Of a DNA stretch of 64,000 bases, positions 1-9,355 are shown one piece after another. Positions within the stretch are counted from its first letter, which is position 1. Each line of letters starts with the position of its first letter. Position numbers and translations under genes: made by a program. Under the pieces are notes generated by a model. It was not told the DNA's origin. It saw nothing but the letters and a program-made list of their open reading frames with translations, and did no database searches. Source of the DNA: an uncultured Elusimicrobia bacterium (GTDB lineage Bacteria > Elusimicrobiota > Elusimicrobia > 2-01-FULL-59-12); contig OY969767.1 of the NCBI GenBank assembly GCA_963702895.1, forward strand, positions 1,408,001 through 1,472,000. The letters run 5' to 3'.

Positions 1-972
1 GGGTCTGTCAAGCTGGGCGGCACTAAATTCTATGTTTACAGCAGTCTTTTTCTTGACCGATATTCCGAAGTGGTCTACCACCACCGGAGGGCTGGTCTCT
101 TTCAAAGTAGCCCGGGAGCGTTTCTAGCAACATCCTCGCAGCCACCCCAAACGGTGAGGCTGACCCCCTACGACGCAGCGCGAGTTCTTTCCAAAATTGT
201 CGCCGTCCTGGTTCATTTTTATGATCCGGAAAAACGCACCATGCTGGGCGGAGTTGATGTGCCTGCCGGAGATTTCAACTTCCCGGATTCCGCGTTCCTG
301 GATTTCGAGCCGCGAACAGCCACCGTCATTGACACAGACCAACCGGTGAAACTGATCGCCTGGCGGTCCATCGCCCATGGGGTCGACCCAGCAGCATTTA
401 TTGATTACGTCCTGAGCCTGCGCTATTTGAATTCCAATCCCAGGCTCATTGATTTTGACAGCAACCTCAAAATCGGTGTCCTTGCAGGATTGCGAAGCGG
501 GCTGATTGCGCGGTACGGATACGAGGAAGGCCAGCGAATACTAACACGCTGGTTCCAGGCGTATGCTGATGCCGTTGATCAGGACCGGTTTATAGAAAAT
601 GGATTTTTCCAACTTGATGCGCTGCACGGATTCCTGGAGCAGCTCACGGCTCCCAACTCCGGGAAAGCCGGCCCTCGACCCGAGCCGGCGGTTCGCTCTT
701 CCCGCGCCGGCAAGCTTATCGGCATCCTCTTGATCGCTGGTGCCGCGGCTGCCGCACGTCACGCTGTCCCGGGAATCATCGACATCGGCGCGGGTTCCGA
801 TTTGATCGGCCGGATTGCCGGGACAGACCTGTTCGCTGGCTCGGCAGTTACTCAGGCCGGCGGCTTGGGCGTGGCGTTGGGCTTGCTCATGGCTTATGGC
901 CTGGGCGCGCTGAGCCGCCGCTTGGCAAAGAACCATCCCGCTCGTCAACGGGCCTTGGGGCGGGCGGCATGA
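1..972 (+). CDS. 3' end of a probably giant membrane-anchored multidomain protein (5' partial; runs off window start)
   Basis: Frame is open from base 1 (GSVKLGG...) to TGA at 970-972. It ends in a hydrophobic hairpin (GKLIGILLIAGAAAAA...AVTQAGGLGVALGLLMAYGLG) and a basic tail RRLAKNHPARQRALGRAA, like the two downstream giants. Confidence 0.8.
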   Translation, partial: GSVKLGGTKFYVYSSLFLDRYSEVVYHHRRAGLFQSSPGAFLATSSQPPQTVRLTPYDAARVLSKIVAVLVHFYDPEKRTMLGGVDVPAGDFNFPDSAFLDFEPRTATVIDTDQPVKLIAWRSIAHGVDPAAFIDYVLSLRYLNSNPRLIDFDSNLKIGVLAGLRSGLIARYGYEEGQRILTRWFQAYADAVDQDRFIENGFFQLDALHGFLEQLTAPNSGKAGPRPEPAVRSSRAGKLIGILLIAGAAAAARHAVPGIIDIGAGSDLIGRIAGTDLFAGSAVTQAGGLGVALGLLMAYGLGALSRRLAKNHPARQRALGRAA

Positions 973-1023
973 TCCAACTCCTTGCCCGGACCCTTCGCAG
1001 AGATGCAGAAAATCCAGGTTTTT

Positions 1024-1182
1024 ATGCATAGGACCATCCGAAGATCCGCTGCCGTCCTTTTGATTGTCTGCTTGGTGGTCGATCCGGCAACGGCGGCCGC
1101 TTTTTCGAGCAGCCCCCCCCTCTTGCCGCGGCCGTTGGCCAAAAGGTGCCCTCCCATTCCGCGTTTGAAACCCAAGCCCTGA
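1024..1182 (+). CDS. Out-of-frame N-terminal signal-peptide fragment of the following giant gene
   Basis: ATG at 1024 is preceded by CAGGT. MHRTIRRSAAVLLIVCLVVDPATAAAF resembles the N-terminus of the 3506-aa protein (MPKSLIRIVALILVPCMLLDPSSAFA). One extra base in the C8 run at 1113-1120 fuses it to 1146..8426. Confidence 0.7.
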   Translation: MHRTIRRSAAVLLIVCLVVDPATAAAFSSSPPLLPRPLAKRCPPIPRLKPKP

Positions 1183-4100
1183 CTTTGGTCCTGGCGGCCA
1201 GCATCTTCTTCGGCGCGGCGCTCCATTCTCCCGGGCATCCGCCGGTGGCCAAGACCGTCGCGATGCTTCCGGCGGAAGATCGGACCCGCTCCCTGGGCGC
1301 CAGGCGAAAACGCAGGCCCCGGGGTCCGCGTTCTGCGGACGATGTTGCGAGGGCTCGTCCCCAACGGGTCAGATCAACAGCGGCAGATTTTGTGAGGCAA
1401 CAAGCCGCTGCCGGTCGCCTCGCCGAACTCCCCTATCGTCACAAGCTGATACTGACGGAACGATTCATCAAAGGGACATCTACGAAGAGGTTTGCTGTTC
1501 TTCATGACATGACAGTAACGGCGGTCATAAGCGCAACCAGAACAGCCTTATTGGAATTGCGTCGATTGGTCAAGCCCGCCGCAGTTGAGCCCGCAGGATC
1601 TGGAGATAACGGTCGCGCCGCACCCGCGCCTTCGGTCACGCACGCAGCAGACGCTGGAAACGCTGCCGGAACATCTCTTCCGGCAATTTCTCAGGATCAG
1701 CAATCCATCCTCGTCATATACCCTAACCTGAAACTCCTCCGCATCATGCATCCACCTGTCAAATCTGCATTGGATGATAACGGGCAGGACAGCCTGAGCC
1801 AGTTGACCGTACCTCAAGACCCTGAGCTTTTGGACAAATTGGGCATCGATCCTACAGAGCTTCACATCGTCATTGCCGGATCAACAGTGGATGTGCTGAA
1901 GATCCCCTCCAGCGATTGGTGGGTTTCTCACGACCCTCAAGTAGAGCAAGTCAAATTTCTTTGGATTCTGGTGCGCTCCTTGACCAACGAAAAGGGTTTG
2001 GTCGTGATCTCCCCGTGGAGTGATATCACCGATGCTCGCACGCAACTTCAAGCACTGAAAAAGGCTTATTCCTTGACGGGGCGAATAGAACGCTCCCCGC
2101 AAAATGACTATCCGACGCGCGACAAAGACGTCATCGTACGGCGGCGGGTGCGAGTCCTGGCCGTTGGGCCTGACTCGGACGCACCGTCGGAAACCGCGTT
2201 TCAACTCTTGAGAGTCAACACGAATCCAAAGTTGAAAGAAAAGGCAGATTTGGACTGGAAAGTCATCCAAACCCTCCAGACCTTCCAGGGAGACAGGCTC
2301 TCAGAGTTATGGGATGTGCTGAAGGCTCAAAAGATCCAATGCGATCTGGACAGCTTAAGGGCCAGCTTAAAGCGTATCACGACTCTCACAAATGCTGCAC
2401 CTAATGAGATTCAAAGGAGCAGGGAGTTTGATCGGGGCCCAAAGAGGCAGAGGACCCGCTTGCCCGCACAGAAACCGCTGATCTTTAAATCGGACTTGTC
2501 GGAAGAAGCCCTTGCTGCCTACACCGAAAAGGTTCCGGTTTTCGAGCGTCAGATTACGTACCAAGAGTTTGTGACACAGAACTATGACCCCGATCGCCGC
2601 TTGGAGGAGATTACACGTCAACTTCCTGGGTGGAACTCCCCTGATCGTGTTTCCATCCCGATACTTGTTAACCATCTTCTGAAGAATGCATTTTTCCCGT
2701 TTCCGGACCGGTCCAATGACCGGCAAGCTCACGTGTCCATGGAAATCAGCATGCTTGAGCCGTCGGATCCAGAAGAGCCCAGGGTCGTGAATATCCGCAT
2801 CCGTCAACCTTCGAGCACGCAGGCGGATTGGAATCGGTTGGAAGTCAATCATCGTGGATGGGTGAATCATGATCTCTTTTATTTCGCTCGCCCCGAATTG
2901 CGCGGCGACGAAGGCGCTCTGAGACCCGCTGGTCCTTCAAATCCAGCCGGAACAGGTCATGGGCTTTTGTTAGTCGCCCGGGTCTTGGCTGAGACACCTG
3001 CCTTATTGAAATTCACGCGCAGTTCCGATCCTCCATACTCCTTACAAACCGATCTGTACATCGCGTTAAGGGACCGCGGGACGCCCCGCCCGAACGTCTC
3101 GGCCGGCAGACTGGCGATCTGGCTCCCCTTCCTGCTTGTCGCGGCCGCCGCAGCACAGATCGTGCTAGGCCACTTCTTGCCGGAAGCCGGTCAGCCGGCC
3201 TTGCCTGTCCTGCAGGCCGGCTTCTCGAGCATTCTCGGGCTGGGAGCATTGCTGACAGCGGCCTTTCAGCCGCGATACGCCCCGGAAGGCGGCGGGTCAG
3301 GCTCCGGAGATAGCGCACCGGCCAGCGGTGTTGCCGCAACGGACGTCGTGAGCAAGCTGCAAATATATGGCGTCCCGGTTGAAACGGATTCGCGCGGTAC
3401 TTACGTGTCCCCGTCGCAAATGCCCCAGGCACCCTGGGTGATGGACCGCATGCGGGATCCGGAACAAGGAGCCCTCTATCCCATCCATGATATCCCCTCC
3501 CTGACGCTGAGTTTTCCACTGCATGAGCTCCCGGCACTTTCCAGGGACAGCCTTTCGATAAACTCAAGCGGTGTGTTCCTCGGCTTCGTAAATGAACTGG
3601 ATCATCCTGTGGCCATTAAAGTTTTGAACCGAGATCAGGGAGATACGGAACTCATGAACGCTCAAATCCTTGGCCGGATTGGGGGCAACCCCGCTTTCTA
3701 CGGCGTGATTCGCCTCTCCGACGGAGGGCTGGCCTATGCCATGCAGGCGGTTCGCTGCCTCCCCCTGGCCGAAAGCCTCGATTCGCAAGACAAGCAGTAC
3801 TTGGCTGAACGTGAGCTCCTGAAAAAACGCGCGATGACCCTGGCCGGCATATCGCTGATCGCATTTCGCAGAACACCGGAAGGCCACGCCATCGGCATCG
3901 ACGCGGGGGATGCCGGCGTCGTCGATGCAATAACCTACGGCCGTTACATCGCTGAACGGACCGCGGCCGCCCCCAAACGGAACGTCTGGATGCCGATCCT
4001 GATCGCCGTGAGCGCGGCCGCGCACATGGCGCTGGAGCACCTTCAATCTTCGATTCTTGGGTTTGGTCTGCTCAACGGACCGATCGACATGGCCGGGTTA

Positions 4101-7100
4101 GATTGGTTCGCCGAAGCGATGGTCTCTCAGGCGGGCGGGCCGGCGATCGCGCTGGGCTTTCTCGCTTGTGCTTTGTTTCAGAGGCTATGGGCGCCGGCTG
4201 ATCGCGGGTACGGCTCGGGCGACACCAGCCCTACCACTACACCAGCCGAGAATGCCACTTCGCCTGCCCCGACCTTCCGGTCGGCCGGGGAATTGTTCGG
4301 AAGCACTGTTCTCGACAGGCACCCGGGTGCCGCGTTGGGTGATCCGGCGCCGGAAGCAACCCCCTCGCCAGGATACACCCGGCCTTTGGACCAAGCCACG
4401 TTGGATCGGGTGGCCGCTCTTTTGGAACGCCGGGGACTTGGTTTTCTGCGACGCGTTGTGGGCATCACCAGGGTCCAAGTGACGGAAAAGCACGCTGCTC
4501 TTTATCTGATTAGGTCCACCATCCAACACCTTCTATTCACGAAGTCGATTTTCCAGGAAATTATCGTTCCGGATTTCGAGACCAACAAGATGCTCACGAG
4601 GATCCTCGCCCGCCTCCATGAACTGTTCGACCCTGTGACTCTGCTCAACAGCTTGTCGCAAACGGATGTCTATCAGGACTTGCCCGAACCGATCCGCCAG
4701 CGCTTGGCGGAGGCGCGCAAGCAGTTACCGCCTTCAAGAACGATGTCGGAGTCGAATCAAGACACGCTCCGGCTCATCGTCACAATCGGACTCTTGCACG
4801 AGCTCGGCAGGGTCATCTGGGATTGGATGCGACAGCTGGGGGATGATCCGCCAGGCATTGACGAGGAGGAACTGGCTGCCGACAAGCTGAACGAGTGGAG
4901 ACGACTGGCAGACGCGGCGGACCCGGACCTCTTGTGGGTCCGCGCCGCACTCAACGCGTACGGGCCGGGCCGACGCGAAGATGGCAGCAACACTTTTCCC
5001 GCCCAGCTCTTTGCCGAAAAGTTCGCCGTGTGGGCGTATCCGCCATTGTCCCGTTACTTTGGCGTGAAGCTTTCCGAAAAAGAGACCCAATTCTTTGACG
5101 AGCTTGCCATTTTCCTTCAAGCCACGACGGCGCAGCCCGGCCCCATTGTGCCGGCCGGCGTGTCAGACTTCTCGGTTGACATATTCATCGCCGGCGTGGT
5201 GCTGGATTCCCCCGAGGGGGAGAAGGTCGCAGCGGCGAGCAAGGCGTATCATGCGGCCAAGGAGGTCGTGACGCGATTACAGAATCAACACCGTTCCAAA
5301 GGTCACTCACCTATTCACGGGGACAGAGACCTCGAGGAAAGGACTCTTGTCGCCCGTACCCGGGACATGCAAACACGAGAGCGTGAACTGCGCGAGGCTT
5401 TGGCCGCTGCCGCCCATTCGGAGCAACCGCATTACTTCAATGGCGTGCTGAACGCGCTGGTGAGGTTGTTTGTCGCCGGCCAATTGCCCGCGGACGACCA
5501 CACGTTCGAAGACTTTCTGCGGCAGAACCGGGAGGTCAAAGAGAGCCAGGATGCGTGGATCCAGGATCACCGGGACAGCGAAGAGGGCGTCTTCAGCCTT
5601 AAGACATTACGGTTCGTTGCGTGGAAAGCCGTTCATGCAGCTCTATTGACGAAACTGCATCGGGATAATGGAGAGGCCATGTGGCACGCCCTGCAAAGAG
5701 TCGAGCAAAGGCTTAAGGCGTTACCGAAAAAGGAACGAAGCGAGCTCATCAAAGACAAAGCATTCATTGAAGGTGTGAAGAGCTATGCCCGCAAGGCTGG
5801 CGCCGATGTGCACGCAGAGTGGAACAGTACCTCTCAGGAAGGCATCGCCGGCGTGGTCATAGGACCCTCCCAGACCAACCGATCAGCTGTCGCGAGGAGC
5901 GACGCGGCCCCCGCCGCTGGCGATACGGCAGGCGATGAGAAGGTCAGCATCTCTCTGGATGGGGCCGCCACCCTAAGGACCCGCTCTAGCGCGCTCGCCA
6001 TTCAAGATCTGTTGCACCCTGCCATTCCCATCCGTGTGATGAACGACGAAGCGGGACGGCTGGTCTCCGGTCGAACACAACTCTGGACGGTCTGGGACAC
6101 TCCATTGGATAAGTTTGAGACCGATCTCGACTTTCATATTTTGACGTATCTCAAGACTCTTTTGGAACGTTATCCGGGCCGCCGGATCACGGTCGTGGAT
6201 TGGGGGTGCGGATCGGGGAAGGCGATCAGCGAACTTGCCCGCCTAGCCAAAGAGTTGAGCCCCAACCTCCGACTCATCGGTTATTCGGACCAGATTTACC
6301 GTGATTGGAATGAGGCTCCGGAGAATGTCACTTTCATTCTGGACACAGCAGACCAGCTGCCTGGTTATTTCAATGATGGAGACATTGACCTCGTCGTCAG
6401 TCATCACGGATTCTCCAAGCTCGGGGCGGACTATATTGGGCACCTGCGCCAGATGCACGGCCGAATGGCACCCCATGGAATCATTCGCCATCACAATGCG
6501 GGCTGGAGCATCAGAATCCATCAGGCACTTCCCGAGTACAGCATCCGATACTTTCCCTCGAAATGGCGGCGTCATGTGATTGAATTTGCCCCACTCCTGG
6601 TTCATTTAGACCCCGCACTCGCGTTGGACCAAGAGGCCCGGAGAGGAGAAAAGCACGCTTCTCCTACCCCAAAGGCAAATGAGACTCAGACTCAGCCCGC
6701 GCCCTTTCTTCTGCAGGCGATTGAACACCATCAGCCAGACGACACGTTTCCCCTTATCCATCTTCGCTCCAGCAAGACGAAGGAACCTTTCCAAATACGA
6801 CTTCGGCAATGGAATCCTTTGGATTTTAGTATTGAAGCTTCGGGCCGCCCCATCGGGGAGCTCAGGCTGAAACGGCTGTCCAATGCATTGGAGCTCAGCA
6901 GGATTCAACTGTATGAAAGATATGAACGCCGCGGTATTTCGGACGCCGTCATCCAGTGGCTTTCCGGTCAATTGGATGAGCGGCACCCCGCGCTCGAGCT
7001 CTCCACCCGCAAAGCGAATGTGCGGTCCAGTCTCGTGCGCCATTTCAGCGACGTGCAAATACGAACCCACGCGGGATACGTGCCCTTATCAGATCTTACA

Positions 7101-8426
7101 GGCCGGCTCCAGTTCGGCTTCAAGCGCCTTCGACGCTTCCGCGCCATGCAGCCAAAACAGCCAATTGACGAACCATCGGTTGCCACGCCGACATCCGACA
7201 TCAGCCTCAAGACCACCAGCATTTTTGTCGCAGGGATCCTGCAGGCCCCCCTGTGGGGGTATGGTCTGAGCCATATTCTTAGCGGGACTCCGGGTCTTTC
7301 CATGGGACACCTGCTCATTGGCGCAGGGTGGTCTTCGCTTCCCATCGCGACAGCTCTTTTTCTGACTGGCGGCTTTCTGGCGGCCGTGATTCCACTATCC
7401 CCTCCGAATCCTGCGGACAAGGTCCGCCTGTTGGGCTCTCAAGGGAAATGGCCGGGGGATGCGCTCCTTGAGGAGCTGGTCCGACTCGTGCAAAAAAAGC
7501 CGTCTATGAAGCAGCAAGATATTCAGTGGAGGGGTTACCGGATCACCGAGATCCTTTGGCAAATTCTCGATCAGCACCTGGGTTTTGACGGCCACACCAT
7601 TATCTACCCGGCCGGCGGGGCTGATGGATTGCCATCACGCTTTGCGGACACGATTGTGCTCAATCGCGACAGACTGGAGAATCAAGCACGCGAGACTTTC
7701 AGTCTGCCCAAGCCTGGGACACACCGTCTCACCTATCTCACGCTGGACGCGGCCAGTCCTGCCAATTACAACCAAGTCCGCTCCGACATCAAAACCCCGC
7801 AAACAACGTTACTGCTCAAGGGTCTCGAATGGATGCTCCCAACATCGAAGTTCTTTGTTCGGCGTTTGCGCGCGATTTGTAATGTCTTGCAACCGAATCG
7901 GGTGATCATCCTGCGCCGTGAGGATGCCGCTGCCGTGGTGCCTGTTCTTGCCGGCCTGGGCTATCGAGAGCGGACGGATTGGATTGATCGGACGCGCAAG
8001 AGAGTTCTTGAAGCGATCTTTAACTATATGTCCATATCGGTGCTGGATGAGGTTCAAACGCCATCCGGCCCCACGTTCATGATCCCCAATACAATCAGAC
8101 TGTTTGAAAGGAATAAGGGTCAACAGACCATGGCCGATCGAACGCCGCGGCATCGGGCCAATCGAAAGACAATCGCGCTTTTGGCCGCGGCGACACTCGA
8201 CGGCGGGCTCTTGGCCTGGGGCTGGGGCCACGTTCTTGACGGAGCGCAAATGCCGCTCGTCACCCAGGCCGCGTTCCTGGCGATGCCTACGTTCTCGTTG
8301 AGCACCGCCGCAGCGCTCTTCCTGGCCGGCGGCGCGCTTGTGTCGATCATAACGAAACAGACTCGTATATCGAGAGAATTTAACCGCCCATCTCGCACAC
8401 CCAGCCCGTTTCGCCAAGCCGCTTAA
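1146..8426 (+). CDS. Giant multidomain membrane protein A (sigma70-r4-like HTH, GHKL-like, kinase-like, zincin-like, SAM-methyltransferase, GNAT domains separated by TM hairpins); true start probably 1024
   Basis: 2426-aa ORF. Motifs: LAELPYRHKLILTERF..G.S (HTH); NHLLKNA and GTGHGL (GHKL); VAIKVL and IGIDAGDA (kinase-like); HELGR and LFAEKF; VVDWGCGSG (SAM); ERYERRGIS (GNAT). Four hydrophobic hairpins lie at about 3105-3267, 3981-4190, 7212-7393 and 8166-8351. Confidence 0.85.
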   Translation: MPSHSAFETQALTLVLAASIFFGAALHSPGHPPVAKTVAMLPAEDRTRSLGARRKRRPRGPRSADDVARARPQRVRSTAADFVRQQAAAGRLAELPYRHKLILTERFIKGTSTKRFAVLHDMTVTAVISATRTALLELRRLVKPAAVEPAGSGDNGRAAPAPSVTHAADAGNAAGTSLPAISQDQQSILVIYPNLKLLRIMHPPVKSALDDNGQDSLSQLTVPQDPELLDKLGIDPTELHIVIAGSTVDVLKIPSSDWWVSHDPQVEQVKFLWILVRSLTNEKGLVVISPWSDITDARTQLQALKKAYSLTGRIERSPQNDYPTRDKDVIVRRRVRVLAVGPDSDAPSETAFQLLRVNTNPKLKEKADLDWKVIQTLQTFQGDRLSELWDVLKAQKIQCDLDSLRASLKRITTLTNAAPNEIQRSREFDRGPKRQRTRLPAQKPLIFKSDLSEEALAAYTEKVPVFERQITYQEFVTQNYDPDRRLEEITRQLPGWNSPDRVSIPILVNHLLKNAFFPFPDRSNDRQAHVSMEISMLEPSDPEEPRVVNIRIRQPSSTQADWNRLEVNHRGWVNHDLFYFARPELRGDEGALRPAGPSNPAGTGHGLLLVARVLAETPALLKFTRSSDPPYSLQTDLYIALRDRGTPRPNVSAGRLAIWLPFLLVAAAAAQIVLGHFLPEAGQPALPVLQAGFSSILGLGALLTAAFQPRYAPEGGGSGSGDSAPASGVAATDVVSKLQIYGVPVETDSRGTYVSPSQMPQAPWVMDRMRDPEQGALYPIHDIPSLTLSFPLHELPALSRDSLSINSSGVFLGFVNELDHPVAIKVLNRDQGDTELMNAQILGRIGGNPAFYGVIRLSDGGLAYAMQAVRCLPLAESLDSQDKQYLAERELLKKRAMTLAGISLIAFRRTPEGHAIGIDAGDAGVVDAITYGRYIAERTAAAPKRNVWMPILIAVSAAAHMALEHLQSSILGFGLLNGPIDMAGLDWFAEAMVSQAGGPAIALGFLACALFQRLWAPADRGYGSGDTSPTTTPAENATSPAPTFRSAGELFGSTVLDRHPGAALGDPAPEATPSPGYTRPLDQATLDRVAALLERRGLGFLRRVVGITRVQVTEKHAALYLIRSTIQHLLFTKSIFQEIIVPDFETNKMLTRILARLHELFDPVTLLNSLSQTDVYQDLPEPIRQRLAEARKQLPPSRTMSESNQDTLRLIVTIGLLHELGRVIWDWMRQLGDDPPGIDEEELAADKLNEWRRLADAADPDLLWVRAALNAYGPGRREDGSNTFPAQLFAEKFAVWAYPPLSRYFGVKLSEKETQFFDELAIFLQATTAQPGPIVPAGVSDFSVDIFIAGVVLDSPEGEKVAAASKAYHAAKEVVTRLQNQHRSKGHSPIHGDRDLEERTLVARTRDMQTRERELREALAAAAHSEQPHYFNGVLNALVRLFVAGQLPADDHTFEDFLRQNREVKESQDAWIQDHRDSEEGVFSLKTLRFVAWKAVHAALLTKLHRDNGEAMWHALQRVEQRLKALPKKERSELIKDKAFIEGVKSYARKAGADVHAEWNSTSQEGIAGVVIGPSQTNRSAVARSDAAPAAGDTAGDEKVSISLDGAATLRTRSSALAIQDLLHPAIPIRVMNDEAGRLVSGRTQLWTVWDTPLDKFETDLDFHILTYLKTLLERYPGRRITVVDWGCGSGKAISELARLAKELSPNLRLIGYSDQIYRDWNEAPENVTFILDTADQLPGYFNDGDIDLVVSHHGFSKLGADYIGHLRQMHGRMAPHGIIRHHNAGWSIRIHQALPEYSIRYFPSKWRRHVIEFAPLLVHLDPALALDQEARRGEKHASPTPKANETQTQPAPFLLQAIEHHQPDDTFPLIHLRSSKTKEPFQIRLRQWNPLDFSIEASGRPIGELRLKRLSNALELSRIQLYERYERRGISDAVIQWLSGQLDERHPALELSTRKANVRSSLVRHFSDVQIRTHAGYVPLSDLTGRLQFGFKRLRRFRAMQPKQPIDEPSVATPTSDISLKTTSIFVAGILQAPLWGYGLSHILSGTPGLSMGHLLIGAGWSSLPIATALFLTGGFLAAVIPLSPPNPADKVRLLGSQGKWPGDALLEELVRLVQKKPSMKQQDIQWRGYRITEILWQILDQHLGFDGHTIIYPAGGADGLPSRFADTIVLNRDRLENQARETFSLPKPGTHRLTYLTLDAASPANYNQVRSDIKTPQTTLLLKGLEWMLPTSKFFVRRLRAICNVLQPNRVIILRREDAAAVVPVLAGLGYRERTDWIDRTRKRVLEAIFNYMSISVLDEVQTPSGPTFMIPNTIRLFERNKGQQTMADRTPRHRANRKTIALLAAATLDGGLLAWGWGHVLDGAQMPLVTQAAFLAMPTFSLSTAAALFLAGGALVSIITKQTRISREFNRPSRTPSPFRQAA

Positions 8427-8491
8427 ATCACCCCCATCTTCGACTTCTCCGTAGCCGCACAGCCCGCACGAAACGCTTCAACAGGAAAAGA

Positions 8492-8522
8492 TATAATCTT
8501 ACTGATGCGACTTTTTGGAGGT
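8492..8522 (+). promoter_or_regulatory. Putative -10 box and RBS of the toxin-antitoxin operon
   Basis: TATAAT at 8492-8497 and GGAGGT at 8517-8522 lie before ATG 8527. No convincing -35 box was seen. Confidence 0.5.
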
Positions 8523-8526
8523 GTCT

Positions 8527-8742
8527 ATGTTTGATCGAATCACGTTTGACGCAAACATTATGGGCGGACGAGCCTGCATTCGCGGAATGCGGATTCCTGT
8601 TTCGGTGATCGTCGGGCAGGTGGCGCATGGAGCGACAGCCCGAGAAATCCTGAAAGGCTATCCTGACCTCAAAGAAGAAGACATCAAGCAGGCCATGGAA
8701 TATGCCGCCTGGCTGACTCAGGAAGAAGTGCACACGGCCTGA
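8527..8742 (+). CDS. DUF433-family antitoxin (VapB45-like)
   Basis: RITFDANIMGGRACIRGMRIPVSVIV...EILKGYPDL..EDI..A..YA is the DUF433 pattern. It has a strong RBS and is paired with a PIN-like gene. Confidence 0.9.
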   Translation: MFDRITFDANIMGGRACIRGMRIPVSVIVGQVAHGATAREILKGYPDLKEEDIKQAMEYAAWLTQEEVHTA

Positions 8743-8751
8743 GGACGAACC

Positions 8752-9111
8752 ATGCGGTTTCTGGCTGATATGTGCGTCTCCCTGGAAGTCGTCGAGTGGC
8801 TCCGACAGCAACAGCATGACACCAAGCATCTCCGAGAGGAAAACCTTCACAGGCTGCCGAATGGAGACATCTTCAAGAAGGCGGCCGCAGAAAATAGGAT
8901 CCTCCTCACCTTTGATTTGGACTTCGGAGAAATCGTAGCGCTGGCGAAAGGAAACCAAACGGGCGTTATTTTGTTCAGGCTCTACGACACGCGGCCCGTG
9001 CATGTGATCGAACGCCTAAAGGTCCTCCTAGCTGATGCTCCTCCCGCCCTCAACAACAGCATCATTACTGTTGAAGAAACCCGCTACCGAATCCGCCATT
9101 TCCCCACTTGA
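8752..9111 (+). CDS. DUF5615-family PIN-like toxin (VapC45/Mut7-C-like RNase)
   Basis: MRFLADMCVS...A..ENRILLTFDLDFGE...GVILFR is the typical DUF5615 pattern, directly after DUF433. Confidence 0.88.
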   Translation: MRFLADMCVSLEVVEWLRQQQHDTKHLREENLHRLPNGDIFKKAAAENRILLTFDLDFGEIVALAKGNQTGVILFRLYDTRPVHVIERLKVLLADAPPALNNSIITVEETRYRIRHFPT

Positions 9112-9181
9112 CATCGCACCCCATAGCCCAAGCCAGTCGCATCGCCTGAACAGCGCTATTCCAGACTATTCCGCAGTCTAT

Positions 9182-9207
9182 TGAAGAATAGTCATGACTA
9201 TTCTTCA
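9182..9207. promoter_or_regulatory. Perfect 26-bp palindrome (operator or hairpin) between the TA pair and giant gene B
   Basis: TGAAGAATAGTCA|TGACTATTCTTCA is an exact inverted repeat. Its function is not determinable from sequence. Confidence 0.5.
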
Positions 9208-9355
9208 GTGTTCCTCGCGGTCAATAAACGGCCCAACCAAAACCATGGGCCCTTTGGCCCGAAATTAATGGCCGTTCGCACCATTTATCCCCTTCTCAAA
9301 ACGCTTTAGAATCAAGTGATGGCTCGAACGCGCGCCCGCGCGGGTTCGAGCGCCT

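Noticed and set aside
8428..9003. 191-aa minus-strand ORF over the TA pair
   Set aside because: It is antisense to two clearly recognisable genes.
9108..9140. TTGACA overlapping the toxin stop codon as a promoter for giant gene B
   Set aside because: There is no plausible -10 box at the right spacing.
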